From a virus, in IMG/VR virus record IMGVR_UViG_3300008267_000016, positions 1-64,000 of that record: a stretch of 64,000 nucleotides of DNA; one strand, written 5' to 3'. The position numbers and the translations under genes are program-made. Every line of letters begins with the position of its first letter. Positions within the stretch are counted from its first letter, which is position 1. The notes beneath the pieces were generated by a model, which worked only from the letters and a program-made list of their open reading frames with translations, was not told the origin of the DNA and searched no databases. Below are positions 1-10,045 of the stretch, one piece after another.

Positions 1-956
1 CAAGCGGGTTGATTTGAGATGTCACCACCAACGGCGTTTGTCCACGTCACAAGATCATCGTTTGTCGAACCCACAAATAAAGGTTCTTTCATCATTCGTG
101 TGATCTTTGTCAGCTCTTTATCTAGGGTGTAGGCACCTAGAGCGTACATAAGATACGGACGATGATCAGCTTCTTTGGCCATAAACTTCCAGTGATAGAA
201 GACAAGCCATTCGTCATCCACTAAGACAGGTGCTGTCGAGTTAAATGTCGGATGCTCGCTTGTCACTTGTTTCAAGCAGATCGAGTCGATTACTTTGTCT
301 GCTTTGTTTGGCGTTTTGACGACAAGCGGCTGCGTGGAATAAAGAAGGTGCAAGTAGTTATCGTGAGAGAAGAAACACCAATTCTTCTCTGATTTACCAT
401 CTTCAAAGTTGTCTCCGATAGGAGGATAAAAGCGATCTACAAGCTGCCCAAATTCGTTAATAGCACCTGTACAAATTTTTGGTGTCTTAATCATTTTGTG
501 ATTTGTTGTGTCCCACTTTGTCGCATAGGTGCTTGTGACAAACTGACACATAAGATTATCGTCAGGTGAAACAAAGATTCGAGGATCTTCGTAACTCAAT
601 CGATGCTTCTTGTCGATAAGTTTTCTTGGTGCGACGATGGTATCGTCGGAAAGCAACTGCCCAATCCAAATATCTGTGGGCGTATTGTTGTAATAAAAGT
701 ATTTCATATCGTGCCTGAACACAAAATGCTCAGGCTGGGATCGCCACGCGATTAAAGTCGCTCCGCGATGCCTAGTAACACAAGGACTGAAGTTGGCAAA
801 GCTGTTTTCAGGTAGACCTGAAGAGATCTTTGTAAAAGTTCCTCCGATGTCATAAGCCTGATCGAATACCGAAGGCAACCCGGATTTAGTGGGAGCAAAC
901 GCCCTGCGAATCACATTGTTGTGATACGTGCGATAGCGGTGAAATTGCGTGCTCAT
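1..956 (-). CDS. GH130/DUF377-like five-bladed beta-propeller glycoside phosphorylase/hydrolase (3' end runs off the window; absent from ORF track)
   Basis: Manual translation from ATG at 956 (ATGA overlap with GT4 stop) is open to the window edge: MSTQFHRYRTY...NFSPCV...SYEDPRIF...SEKNWCFF...WLVFYH...YALGAYTLD...KEPLF. EDPR and EKNW are typical of this family. Confidence 0.7.
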   Translation of the reverse strand, partial: MSTQFHRYRTYHNNVIRRAFAPTKSGLPSVFDQAYDIGGTFTKISSGLPENSFANFSPCVTRHRGATLIAWRSQPEHFVFRHDMKYFYYNNTPTDIWIGQLLSDDTIVAPRKLIDKKHRLSYEDPRIFVSPDDNLMCQFVTSTYATKWDTTNHKMIKTPKICTGAINEFGQLVDRFYPPIGDNFEDGKSEKNWCFFSHDNYLHLLYSTQPLVVKTPNKADKVIDSICLKQVTSEHPTFNSTAPVLVDDEWLVFYHWKFMAKEADHRPYLMYALGAYTLDKELTKITRMMKEPLFVGSTNDDLVTWTNAVGGDISNQPA

Positions 957-2125
957 TTGTTGAGCTCCTCCATGGCTTTGTTGAATCCTTCAGCGATGCG
1001 ATCCCACCTGTACGACGGGTTCTGAGTGACTTTGTAGCAGTCTTCGGCTACTTGGTTGTAAAAAGTTTTGTCTGAGTACAGTTTTGTTAGTTTTGCGGCT
1101 GCGTCTTTAACGTCTACGATGCCTCGCTCAACACTCAGATCCTTGTCGTAAATCCAAGCAGCTACGTCCGCGAGCAGGGCGCTTCCTTTCCAGATGTCGC
1201 TAAAGGACGTGTGGTTGGGGAGAACCTGCGGTTTTTTACAAGAGGCGTGTTCGAAGGGAACCAGACCCCAGCCTTCTCCGTTTGCGGTGTTAATACCTAC
1301 GTCACAAGCGTTGTAGATTGTGTTTAAGAGCTCATCAGGCGGTGCGTTTGTGTAATCAATATTGCTTGTTGTCATAATCATACGGCTATCTGGTTTTATG
1401 TTTTTTCGTTTCATTTCCGCGTCGAAGATAGCTCTTACGTCCCAACCAAGATCTTTCTCGCTCATGTGCAGATAAAGAAGAGTGTCTGGTTTATCAACAG
1501 CAAACTCAACAAAAGTTTTGATCGTCAGATCGATTTGTTTACGGGGTTGATTCCTGTTTGCATTAAGGACTATGAACTTATCTTCAGGAAGACGAAGCAT
1601 TCGACGCGCTTCGTTTTGATCTACCGGGAAGAACTTTCCTTGATCTAAACCGTGAGGAATGACACCTAACATTTTTGGCTGCACGCCCTGAGCCATCAAG
1701 CGCTGAGCCTGCTCAATTGAAAAAGTGATAGCAAAATCCCAGTCTTTGATATAGCTGAGCATAGAGCTAATATAATAAGCTGAGTCAACTGGGAAGTAAG
1801 CTATGAACTTGAACTTCAGCGAATCCTTCAAAAGGTGAATTCGCTCCCACACCTGGTTAACGATCCAGATGTCGTTTAAACAAATAACAAAGTCTGGTTT
1901 TTCCGCCTCGACCACTTGAGGTAGGCGACCGATTCCAAAACGGTCAGACGGATTATGCGTACCCGCTGGATAAACCTTGAAAGGAAGCCCGTGGGGATCC
2001 CCACTGTAATTAATACCATAAGCCACTATTTCATTCGTGAGGCTCAGGTGCTCTAGAATACTGTGTGTAACTCTAGCAAAACCAGTGTTAGAGAGAATGT
2101 CGCCGTACCAAAGAATTTTTGCCAT
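953..2125 (-). CDS. Glycosyltransferase, GT-B fold (GT4-like)
   Basis: TGFARV N-terminal motif, NRNQPRKQID, YNACDVGINTANGEGWGLVPFEHASC (E-x7-E motif). Confidence 0.9.
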   Translation of the reverse strand: MAKILWYGDILSNTGFARVTHSILEHLSLTNEIVAYGINYSGDPHGLPFKVYPAGTHNPSDRFGIGRLPQVVEAEKPDFVICLNDIWIVNQVWERIHLLKDSLKFKFIAYFPVDSAYYISSMLSYIKDWDFAITFSIEQAQRLMAQGVQPKMLGVIPHGLDQGKFFPVDQNEARRMLRLPEDKFIVLNANRNQPRKQIDLTIKTFVEFAVDKPDTLLYLHMSEKDLGWDVRAIFDAEMKRKNIKPDSRMIMTTSNIDYTNAPPDELLNTIYNACDVGINTANGEGWGLVPFEHASCKKPQVLPNHTSFSDIWKGSALLADVAAWIYDKDLSVERGIVDVKDAAAKLTKLYSDKTFYNQVAEDCYKVTQNPSYRWDRIAEGFNKAMEELNK

Positions 2126-2173
2126 TTGGCAGTAGAATCTTGCTAACAGTATACAGACACTTTTTTAAAACAA

Positions 2174-3697
2174 ATGCCAAGCAGAGAGACATTTGCATAT
2201 CGCCGTGCACTTAAGTTGCGAGCTGCGAAAGCAGTTGACTCTGAGAGCTCTACCATAGATAATATCTTTATGAGAGCTGCTGATGACTTTCATACATTCT
2301 GTACGATTATGGATAAAGCCCCAGCAGCCCATATGCTGGAGTGGCATAAGCATCTAATAACGGGAGACAGTAATCGTTATTTAATCGATATCGCAGGACC
2401 AAATCTTGATATTCTTGCTCCGCGAGGCAGCGCTAAAAGCACTGTACTCAATATGTTTACAGCGTGGATTATAGGTAGGCACACAACAGCAGGTTTACCT
2501 CTTCAAATTATTTACTGTTCTTACAACATCGCCACGGCTATCCCAAAAAGTCGAATCATTAAACAGATTATCGACTCGTCTACTTACAAAAAGATTTTTC
2601 CAAAGGTGCAGCTTCGGTCGGGTATGCAATCAGATATCGGCTGGAGTATTGATTTTGATTATGCCGGTATCAGCCGTGTGGGTGATGAAGAGTTTACTCT
2701 GAGAGCAGCAGGACTACGAGGCTCTATTACCTCTAAACGTGCTCACCTTGTTATTGTAGATGACCCTATTAAATCTAGTACTGATATTAAGAACCCTACT
2801 ATTCGAGAGGAGATGAATAACAACTGGAGCTCCGTTATCGCTCCGATTATTTTTGAAGGCGGTCGAGCTATCTGTCTGGGTACTCGTTTCCACCCGTTAG
2901 ACATCCACAAAACGATGTTTGTCCCCGATAAGGGCTGGAAGCAGGTACAACAGGAAGCTCTTACTTATGACGACGACGGGGAGCCTGTTAGCTATTGGCC
3001 TGAACAGTGGAGTGTTGACTATTTATTAGGTCAGAAAGAACTAGATCCTGTTGCTTTTGCGTTCCAGTATCAGCAACAACCCGTGATGACATCAGATCTG
3101 GTCCTTTCACCGGACCTTCTGGTTAAAGGAGATGTTGTCACTGAGTTCGATAGTTTGGCGGTGGGCATTGACCTATCAGCCAGTAAAAATGAAACGTCAG
3201 ATTATACGGCTTTTGTTCTAGGAGGTAGGTTAAAAGATAAGTACTATATTATTGACGCACACCAGGTGCGCTCTATTGGGAACCTTGAAAAGATAGATCT
3301 TCTATGCAAAATGTTGGTTGAGTGGGGGATTCTGCAAGAAGACAACGATGGTAAGTATTTCCCTACTTACTCGACTTGTACTTTGGTTGTTGAATCAGTT
3401 GCTTATCAAGCTTCGCTAGCGGCCGACTTGAGGCGCGTCATGTTAAACGAATGGGGTTTGGGTAACCTCCATATTCACGAAGTAAAAGGATTTAGAGGAG
3501 ATAAGATCGCTCGTTTCCGAGGTACGCTCGGCCTATTGGAAAATAAAAAAGTCATGTTCAACCGTTTCCGTAAATTTGATGCTTTATTTGATCAGTTAAT
3601 AAATATCGGAGCGACCTCTCACGATGACTTACTCGATGCTTACACACACCTAGTGTGCTATCTGCAGCGACGCGGTAACTTTGAGATGGAGTTCTGA
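2174..3697 (+). CDS. terL: Terminase large subunit
   Basis: Walker A-like APRGSAKST, Walker B VIVDDP, GTRFH coupling motif, nuclease motifs GIDLS and HDDLLDA. Confidence 0.92.
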   Translation: MPSRETFAYRRALKLRAAKAVDSESSTIDNIFMRAADDFHTFCTIMDKAPAAHMLEWHKHLITGDSNRYLIDIAGPNLDILAPRGSAKSTVLNMFTAWIIGRHTTAGLPLQIIYCSYNIATAIPKSRIIKQIIDSSTYKKIFPKVQLRSGMQSDIGWSIDFDYAGISRVGDEEFTLRAAGLRGSITSKRAHLVIVDDPIKSSTDIKNPTIREEMNNNWSSVIAPIIFEGGRAICLGTRFHPLDIHKTMFVPDKGWKQVQQEALTYDDDGEPVSYWPEQWSVDYLLGQKELDPVAFAFQYQQQPVMTSDLVLSPDLLVKGDVVTEFDSLAVGIDLSASKNETSDYTAFVLGGRLKDKYYIIDAHQVRSIGNLEKIDLLCKMLVEWGILQEDNDGKYFPTYSTCTLVVESVAYQASLAADLRRVMLNEWGLGNLHIHEVKGFRGDKIARFRGTLGLLENKKVMFNRFRKFDALFDQLINIGATSHDDLLDAYTHLVCYLQRRGNFEMEF

Positions 3698-4578
3698 TGC
3701 AAGATTGTACGTTTTTAATTATCGTTACCGCTCACGACCCTCTCTCGCGGTTCGACGCACTACTAAAAACCCTTCGTGGTTATGAAGAGCTGCCTGGTCA
3801 GAAGGATGTTTTTATTTATATCGATGCAGACCACGAAAGCGATAAAGCAGTACTGGAGAATTTACTAGCACCTAATGTAAGTTTTAATAATTTAGCTGTT
3901 GTCGTAGCTTCTAATAAGTGGGAGGGTTTTGCTCTCACCTGGGCTCACAAAGGCTTGCTCCGAGAAGCCGTCATAAATAAATACTATGATTTCTATGTTT
4001 ATACAGAGAATGATATGGTTTTTAATAGCGAGAACTTTATCTATTGGTATTTATACAAAGACAGACTTAAGAAGCTTAACCTTGAGCCAGGTTTTTGCAG
4101 GTATGAGTCTTATCAATCAAAAATGGTTCCTTTCGATAATCATCGAGTCTGGAAGTTAAATGGATTAACTGAAAATGTTTGGGGAGACAGGCCATATAAA
4201 GTTGAATCTTATTTAGCTCCTCGTGACGATTGGTTTATTGGTTTTATATCACTAGGGAATCCCTATATGGGGATGATGATACTTGATCAAGAGATGGCAG
4301 AACGTTATATAACCTCGACCAGCTTCGATCCTGTAAGAAGTTTTGAGCTGACGCAGTTTCGTTGCTGGCCTCTGGCTGATCGTAGTTCTATGGGACTCGC
4401 TTTTGAAAATCCCCCAGCACGGGGAGAGCACCGCCGTGTGGTTCCTATCGTTAAAGTAAAAGATAAAGTACACATAGCCCCTTGCGGCTTAGTTGAACAT
4501 TGTGATACTAAGTACAGTAAGTGTTTAGAGAAAGAAGGTTATGTTTTAGATTTGTCAGAGATGCTTGATGCTTGTTAA
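3697..4578 (+). CDS. Putative GT-A-fold glycosyltransferase-like protein
   Basis: Hydrophobic beta start (FLIIVTAH), IYIDAD, and YDFYVYTENDMVF resembling the DxD/END strand of GT-A enzymes; translationally coupled to terL. Confidence 0.5.
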   Translation: MQDCTFLIIVTAHDPLSRFDALLKTLRGYEELPGQKDVFIYIDADHESDKAVLENLLAPNVSFNNLAVVVASNKWEGFALTWAHKGLLREAVINKYYDFYVYTENDMVFNSENFIYWYLYKDRLKKLNLEPGFCRYESYQSKMVPFDNHRVWKLNGLTENVWGDRPYKVESYLAPRDDWFIGFISLGNPYMGMMILDQEMAERYITSTSFDPVRSFELTQFRCWPLADRSSMGLAFENPPARGEHRRVVPIVKVKDKVHIAPCGLVEHCDTKYSKCLEKEGYVLDLSEMLDAC

Positions 4579-4673
4579 TTTTATTCAATTGACGAGTCTT
4601 AAAGCTGTCTAGTAGTTGCGGTTATACTGGTGTGATAGAGACTGGTTTCGGCTAAGCGTTCCGGCTTTTTATT

Positions 4674-5927
4674 ATGACTGCAACTCCTAGCGCGTCCAAT
4701 AAGCAACGTTTTGACGTTCTGCGCAAAGCCGGTACGCTTTTCGGTCTTGACCTTAGTGGGTTGTTTGAAGAAGGGGAAGGTGAGGGAACCGGTTTTGGTG
4801 GTTTAGTGCCTTCTTTTGAAGTTACTAGTTTTGTAAAAGGGCGTAGTCCTGGGACTTTAACGTACGAAACACCAAAAACTCCTGCGCAGGAGACAACTTT
4901 TAGTTTAACTGCTCCCACGGAAGCGCTGCCTGCTCCTACTTCCACACAGCCTGCTTCCCTTGGCGGGAGTCAAAATATAACAATCAACATGCCTCGTTTT
5001 GAACCTGAACAGGAGGCAAAGAAGACCTATAACGTTGATGTAACTAAAGGTCAGAGTTCTACATTATTCGGCCATCAAGATTATTTCCGAAATCTTGAAG
5101 CTGGGGTACCAAAAGAGTACCTGAAGGATTGGGTTAGTCAAAATACTGGATTACTAGGAGAAGGTAATAAACCAGGCAAAGGGGGTCTCTATGACGAAAT
5201 GATGGCCGGTGATGTTAAGTTCCCTGGCTTCCTTCCGTCATCCTCCGCTGGCACTGCAGGTGAGGGCGGAACTGCTGAGTCCACGCAAACTACCGCTACA
5301 GACACTACTTCTGCGTCTAGCACCACTGAGCCTACTGTTCGTTTAGCGGGTCAGAAAGTTAAAGCACTTGGTGGTGCTGGTCCTGTGCTCAGTAAGAAAG
5401 AAGCTGAGAGCATAGCCAAGTCTCAGGGACGTACTGTTGCCCAAGTGATGGCAAGTGCACAGAATAAAAATATCGCTATGGGGGCTGGTTTAGTTAACGC
5501 TCTTACTAGTGGAAAGATTTCCGCTACTCCATATAGCGCAGCTGCAAAAGCACTGGCTCCGATGCAAGGCTTAAGACTCAATCAAGGGTCAGCTTACGCC
5601 GGTTTTAGTACTACTGCCACGCCGGCAGTTGCTCCAAATAAATTTGGAGGATCTGGTCAGCCCGCGACTACCACTACTACCCCGATTGTTGTTCCCCGAA
5701 GTGTGTTAGCTGGAACCGCCCAAGGCGGCGGTCAAGCAAGTAGCCAAGGTGGCGGCGGAGGCCAAGGCGGCGGTGGTCAAGGCGGAGGCGGCGGCCAGGG
5801 CGGTGGAAATAAAGGGGGCGGTGGAAGCCAGGCCGGCGGTCAAGGAGGCGGTCAAGGCGGTGGAAATAAAGGTGGCGGAGGCGGCCAAGGTGGCGGAAAT
5901 AAAGGCGGAGGAGGTAAGAATAAGTAA
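4674..5927 (+). CDS. Hypothetical low-complexity protein with Gly/Gln/Asn/Lys-rich C-terminal tail
   Basis: 417-aa ORF with a TATACT -10-like hexamer upstream; C-terminal GGGQGGGNKGG repeats. Confidence 0.75.
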   Translation: MTATPSASNKQRFDVLRKAGTLFGLDLSGLFEEGEGEGTGFGGLVPSFEVTSFVKGRSPGTLTYETPKTPAQETTFSLTAPTEALPAPTSTQPASLGGSQNITINMPRFEPEQEAKKTYNVDVTKGQSSTLFGHQDYFRNLEAGVPKEYLKDWVSQNTGLLGEGNKPGKGGLYDEMMAGDVKFPGFLPSSSAGTAGEGGTAESTQTTATDTTSASSTTEPTVRLAGQKVKALGGAGPVLSKKEAESIAKSQGRTVAQVMASAQNKNIAMGAGLVNALTSGKISATPYSAAAKALAPMQGLRLNQGSAYAGFSTTATPAVAPNKFGGSGQPATTTTTPIVVPRSVLAGTAQGGGQASSQGGGGGQGGGGQGGGGGQGGGNKGGGGSQAGGQGGGQGGGNKGGGGGQGGGNKGGGGKNK

Positions 5928-5950
5928 TCGATTTTTACCGATAAGCCACC

Positions 5951-6190
5951 ATGGACCTTTCTCCTGATCCTGTTAATCACCCCCGTCACTACACTCACGG
6001 GGCAATCGAAACCATCGATTACATGGAGTCGTGCCTGACGGAAGAAGAGATACGTGGTGGCTACAAGTTAAACGTACTGAAGTATGTGTCGCGTGAGCGC
6101 CATAAAAATGGCCTAGAAGACCTGAAAAAAGCTCAGTGGTATTTAGATCGATTGATCACTTATTTAGAGAAAAACCAAGAGCCGCGTTAA
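5951..6190 (+). CDS. DUF3310 (SaV-like / T7 gp1.7-like) protein
   Basis: DPVNHPRHY...IETIDY...NVLKYVSR..HKNGLEDLKKAQWYL signature. Confidence 0.85.
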   Translation: MDLSPDPVNHPRHYTHGAIETIDYMESCLTEEEIRGGYKLNVLKYVSRERHKNGLEDLKKAQWYLDRLITYLEKNQEPR

Positions 6191-6214
6191 ACTAGAGCAA
6201 AACAACCTTTTCGA

Positions 6215-6499
6215 ATGGATATCCGCGCTTTCGGATCTGTATACGGACAGTCTGCCGCCTTGCCTTACGCAAGTGGTTTTGGGTGGGCTCCGTCAATTGG
6301 TCGCAAGAATTTCGCAACTTGCCGCGCTATTTTTATTGAGAGCAAGGCAAATAGCAGCAAAGATTATTTAACTGTTGAACTTTCTGATGCTCCTGGGCAG
6401 CATTCTACTGCAATTAACTTAGAAGGTAATACTTTAATACCTATTGCTTGTACTGCTATTATTAGCGGTAGTGTTCAGGGCGTTTTCGTTCTCTACTAA
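6215..6499 (+). CDS. Hypothetical small beta-rich virion-type protein
   Basis: ORF with TAAACT upstream; coupled to the next gene. Confidence 0.7.
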   Translation: MDIRAFGSVYGQSAALPYASGFGWAPSIGRKNFATCRAIFIESKANSSKDYLTVELSDAPGQHSTAINLEGNTLIPIACTAIISGSVQGVFVLY

Positions 6500-6792
6500 T
6501 GGATCCTTACGCACGAGCTGGGTTTGGTTTTGCTAAGGCATACCAAATGAACATGCAAGCTGCTGATGCGCAACGGCAGGCAAATGCACCTTCTTCAAAT
6601 GCGTTTGCTCAGATCTTGAACGACGAAGAGACTGACTATACTTACTCACCCACGCCGCAAGCACCTGCTCCTCCGGATGATCAGTACACCGGTATGGAGC
6701 CTGATGGCGGAAGCGTTTTGGAGCAGACTAACGGCAACTCCTTAATGCGTGCTAAGCACAAGGTCGCAAAGTACCTACAGGAGCGAGATTGA
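6499..6792 (+). CDS. Hypothetical protein
   Basis: TAATG overlap with upstream ORF. Confidence 0.7.
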   Translation: MDPYARAGFGFAKAYQMNMQAADAQRQANAPSSNAFAQILNDEETDYTYSPTPQAPAPPDDQYTGMEPDGGSVLEQTNGNSLMRAKHKVAKYLQERD

Positions 6793-6822
6793 GCTACTAT
6801 ATTGCTAGCTCAGTAGATCCTA

Positions 6823-7638
6823 GTGCTCATCGACGCGTTTCCGTACTTCAACGAACGAGAAATTCTTGAGTTACGGATTAAGACACTAGAAGATCACGTT
6901 GACGGTTTCTTAATTACCGATGCAAATAGAACGCATCGCGGTGAGGAAAAACCTTTTACGTGCTTAGACACTATTCGTGAACTTGGTCTTAACGAAGACA
7001 AGATTCAAGTTCTCCATGTTGAGCTTCCGTCCTACGAAGAAGCTCCAGATCCTTGGATTCGGGAACGAGGTCAGCGGGACGCTTTAGGTGTTGGGCTTCA
7101 TATGATGCCTGACGATACTGTTTTTATTTGCTCTGACTGCGACGAAATAGCTAACCCCAAACGGTTCCCAGAGTTATTGGAGACTGTAAAAAATAATAAG
7201 GATAAGATTGTACGCCTTAGCATGTCGATGCACTACGGGCGTGCTGATCGACAGCTTGTTTCTCCTGAAGGAGAGCTGTTCGACTGGCGTTGTGGTGTTG
7301 TAAGTACTGTTAAACAGCTAAAAGAATTAGGCACTCTGTCTTCTATGCGTGCCAGTCAAGATAATTTGTACTTTGGCAAGCGTGACGCAGGTTGGCACCT
7401 GAGCTGGATGGGAGATTCGGATAAGCGTCGTACAAAGCTGCGCTCTATAGCTGAGTATTACATCTGGGATAAACCAGAAGTTCAGAAAATGTGCGATGAA
7501 TTTGAACCTAATGAGGGTAGTACAGATATGTTGGGTCGTGAGGATCATTTGATTACTTACTATTCCATCGGAGATTTACCCGAGGAAGCGGTTAAACTGG
7601 AAAGAGTCAAAAAGTACCTTCTTCCAGATGGCGAATAA
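6823..7638 (+). CDS. Glycosyltransferase family 17 (beta-1,4-GlcNAc transferase-like)
   Basis: IDAFPYFNE.EILELRI..L.DHVD.FLI.DAN.THRG..KP N-terminus, E..QRD, SDCDEI, GWHLSW. Confidence 0.85.
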   Translation: MLIDAFPYFNEREILELRIKTLEDHVDGFLITDANRTHRGEEKPFTCLDTIRELGLNEDKIQVLHVELPSYEEAPDPWIRERGQRDALGVGLHMMPDDTVFICSDCDEIANPKRFPELLETVKNNKDKIVRLSMSMHYGRADRQLVSPEGELFDWRCGVVSTVKQLKELGTLSSMRASQDNLYFGKRDAGWHLSWMGDSDKRRTKLRSIAEYYIWDKPEVQKMCDEFEPNEGSTDMLGREDHLITYYSIGDLPEEAVKLERVKKYLLPDGE

Positions 7639-7786
7639 TATGCCTGCGGAGCTTCTGAAGAAGTTTGCGGCCGACCGAGAGGCCAAAAAAGCTCCCAGCG
7701 GTCAGGAAATTTCTGGTTCTTCTGCCACACGGCAGCGAGCCGTGGCTAAAGCTCGTAAAGCTAAGGAAAGTACTTTCCGTAACTGA
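7628..7786 (+). CDS. Small basic hypothetical protein (52 aa; not in track)
   Basis: Manual translation MANNMPAELLKKFAADREAKK...ARKAKESTFRN; fills the gap between GT17 and portal. Confidence 0.6.
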   Translation: MANNMPAELLKKFAADREAKKAPSGQEISGSSATRQRAVAKARKAKESTFRN

Positions 7787-7819
7787 TCCGTTTTTGGATC
7801 TCCTCATTCGTGCGTATAA

Positions 7820-10045
7820 ATGGCCAGCTCGACCGAAACACGAAAAAGATTTACTGAAATCTTAGAGGCCTCGCGCACTCAGGATCGAAGCAACCAGGCT
7901 TCGACGATGGTTGTTCTGAGCCATCTTCAGCAGATGACTCTTCTGATGATCAAGAAGGGTCTAGCTTTTTATTGCGATCAAGATACATTTAGAAGCCGTA
8001 CACGATTTTTAGAAGACATAATTGCTCTAAACAAATTAGATATTCGTTTTCCTGCGATTATTCGTAATTTTTTAATCGACGGTTGCGGTCTGTTTTACTT
8101 CCGACCAGACCCAAAACTTAAATATCAGATTTATTTCTTCAACAAAAATCAATATCGTGTGTACCATGACGTTAATGGCAACGTAGAAGAAGTCATTATT
8201 GTCTATAGCTATAAAGTAAAGAACGCAAATTTAGGCTTACCTAGTAATTCTTACGGGCAGAACAAGCGTTATGTACGTTTAACGATTACTGCCGATGAAA
8301 TTAGTGAGGTTGAAACTGATACCGAGCTCAGTTTTGATCTTGAACCTGGCGCTGTTCTGACTCCAGCCAAAAAAAGACCTAACACACTTGGTTTTATTCC
8401 CGCTGTTGAGGTTTTAAACAAGCCAAACGCCAGTGGTACTGAAGGTGAAGGCGAATTTGATCCTTTTATGGAGCAAATTTGTTTACACGATGAGCTGACA
8501 CGCAACATCGCCAAAAATATTGAGTTTTTTGGCAACCCGACGCTGATTAGCTCTCGTCCACGGAGTGATCTGGTCGAAGCTAGTGATGCTCAGAGCACTT
8601 TTAGGCCCACAATCAGCAGTCAGAGTGGTTTTGCCGGTGTCGACAGCCCCTCGACTCGAGTAAGTGAGCCTTTTGGCTCGAGCATGGGCGGCGGTTTGCG
8701 TGTTCCGCGCATTATTGCCAACGTTGAGCCGTCTGACCGAGTTGGTTACATGACACCGGACCCCGTTAACGGGGATATGAACCGGTATGCCCTTCTTTTA
8801 CGAGAAGAGATTCGCACAGCCTTAGGCGGTGTGGATGAGATTTCAATTTCTGCTGGTGCTACTGCCACGGAAATTAAAGGTTTGATGGGTCGAGCTCAGG
8901 CCACGGCTCTCCGGAAGAACAAAAGTTTCCTTACGTATGGGTTTAATCGTCTCTTGGAAATGATGATCTATCACCAGGAGACTATCTTCCGTGAGTCGTT
9001 TATTGCGGCTGCTGGTTTAAAAGAGCCGAAGCCGCCGAAAGAACAAACCGAAGAAAATATTGAGAAATATCAAAACGCGTTAGCTAAGTTCGAAGCAAAA
9101 GTTACTCAAACTATTCAGCTAGCTCTTCAGGAAAACAAGGTCCCTCCCGGAGTTATCGGGCTTCCAGAAGATGGGGATCGAACTGTTACGTATCGATACC
9201 AGGGCGACGTCTACGAAGACACTGCTTACGATATAAACCAGAAGTCCATCGTTGTACGTAACTTACAAGAGCTTGGTGTGGATAGCATCGAAGCTCTTAA
9301 ATTCCTTTTTCCTGAAAAAACTGACTCTGAGCGAGCTGAAATGTTGAAGGGTTTCCCCTTCCGCATGGTGCAACAGACACAATCAGCAATGCAACAATTT
9401 CTGGTATTATTAAGCCAGATGTTGCAGTCGCCGCATCCACTTGCGCCTAATCAGCCACTTGCGGCTGATCCTAGACTGAACATAACTCCGCTCCTTTACA
9501 GGACATTCGACCACCTCGCGGAAGAACTAACTTACTCGGGTAGCTATGAGCCAGCAGATCCAAGCTTCGATCCCGAGCCCGGTCTCCCCGGCGGTAGCCC
9601 CGGCGGCAACTTCGGACCAGGGCTCAACCGCCTACCCGCAGTGGGTGGCGCAAACCTCTACCCCGGCGGTAGCTTCGGTTCCTACAGCCCAACCGCCGTC
9701 GCAGGTGGCACCGGCTACGGGCCCTTCTACCAACAGCCAGTACAACCAGTTAACGTCGCAATCCTCCCCCAGCAATCCGTGGGAAGCAGCGATGGGTACC
9801 CTGGAACGGGTGCTCTCGCAGGTGAACTCTCAGTCCCCCAGCCAGGTTCAACAGTCGCCTTACCAGGCAACTCAGCAACTGGCTACTCAACTGAGCAGTC
9901 AGAATTTACAGGCCCAACCCTGGGCTTACCAGGAGCAGCAGGCAGCGCAGACCTGGCCTACCAGCGCCTCTCCGACCCAAGCTTCCTCGCAAACTTCTAC
10001 GGCCCCGCAAACGAGCGTAAGCCCCGTAACCGCCGAGGTCGTTAG
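7820..10045 (+). CDS. Probable portal protein with Gly/Pro-rich C-terminal extension
   Basis: Size, position between terL and MCP, and portal-like segments (NTLGFIPAVEV, GEGEFDPF, helical TATEIKGL..AQATA.RK). Confidence 0.7.
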   Translation: MASSTETRKRFTEILEASRTQDRSNQASTMVVLSHLQQMTLLMIKKGLAFYCDQDTFRSRTRFLEDIIALNKLDIRFPAIIRNFLIDGCGLFYFRPDPKLKYQIYFFNKNQYRVYHDVNGNVEEVIIVYSYKVKNANLGLPSNSYGQNKRYVRLTITADEISEVETDTELSFDLEPGAVLTPAKKRPNTLGFIPAVEVLNKPNASGTEGEGEFDPFMEQICLHDELTRNIAKNIEFFGNPTLISSRPRSDLVEASDAQSTFRPTISSQSGFAGVDSPSTRVSEPFGSSMGGGLRVPRIIANVEPSDRVGYMTPDPVNGDMNRYALLLREEIRTALGGVDEISISAGATATEIKGLMGRAQATALRKNKSFLTYGFNRLLEMMIYHQETIFRESFIAAAGLKEPKPPKEQTEENIEKYQNALAKFEAKVTQTIQLALQENKVPPGVIGLPEDGDRTVTYRYQGDVYEDTAYDINQKSIVVRNLQELGVDSIEALKFLFPEKTDSERAEMLKGFPFRMVQQTQSAMQQFLVLLSQMLQSPHPLAPNQPLAADPRLNITPLLYRTFDHLAEELTYSGSYEPADPSFDPEPGLPGGSPGGNFGPGLNRLPAVGGANLYPGGSFGSYSPTAVAGGTGYGPFYQQPVQPVNVAILPQQSVGSSDGYPGTGALAGELSVPQPGSTVALPGNSATGYSTEQSEFTGPTLGLPGAAGSADLAYQRLSDPSFLANFYGPANERKPRNRRGR

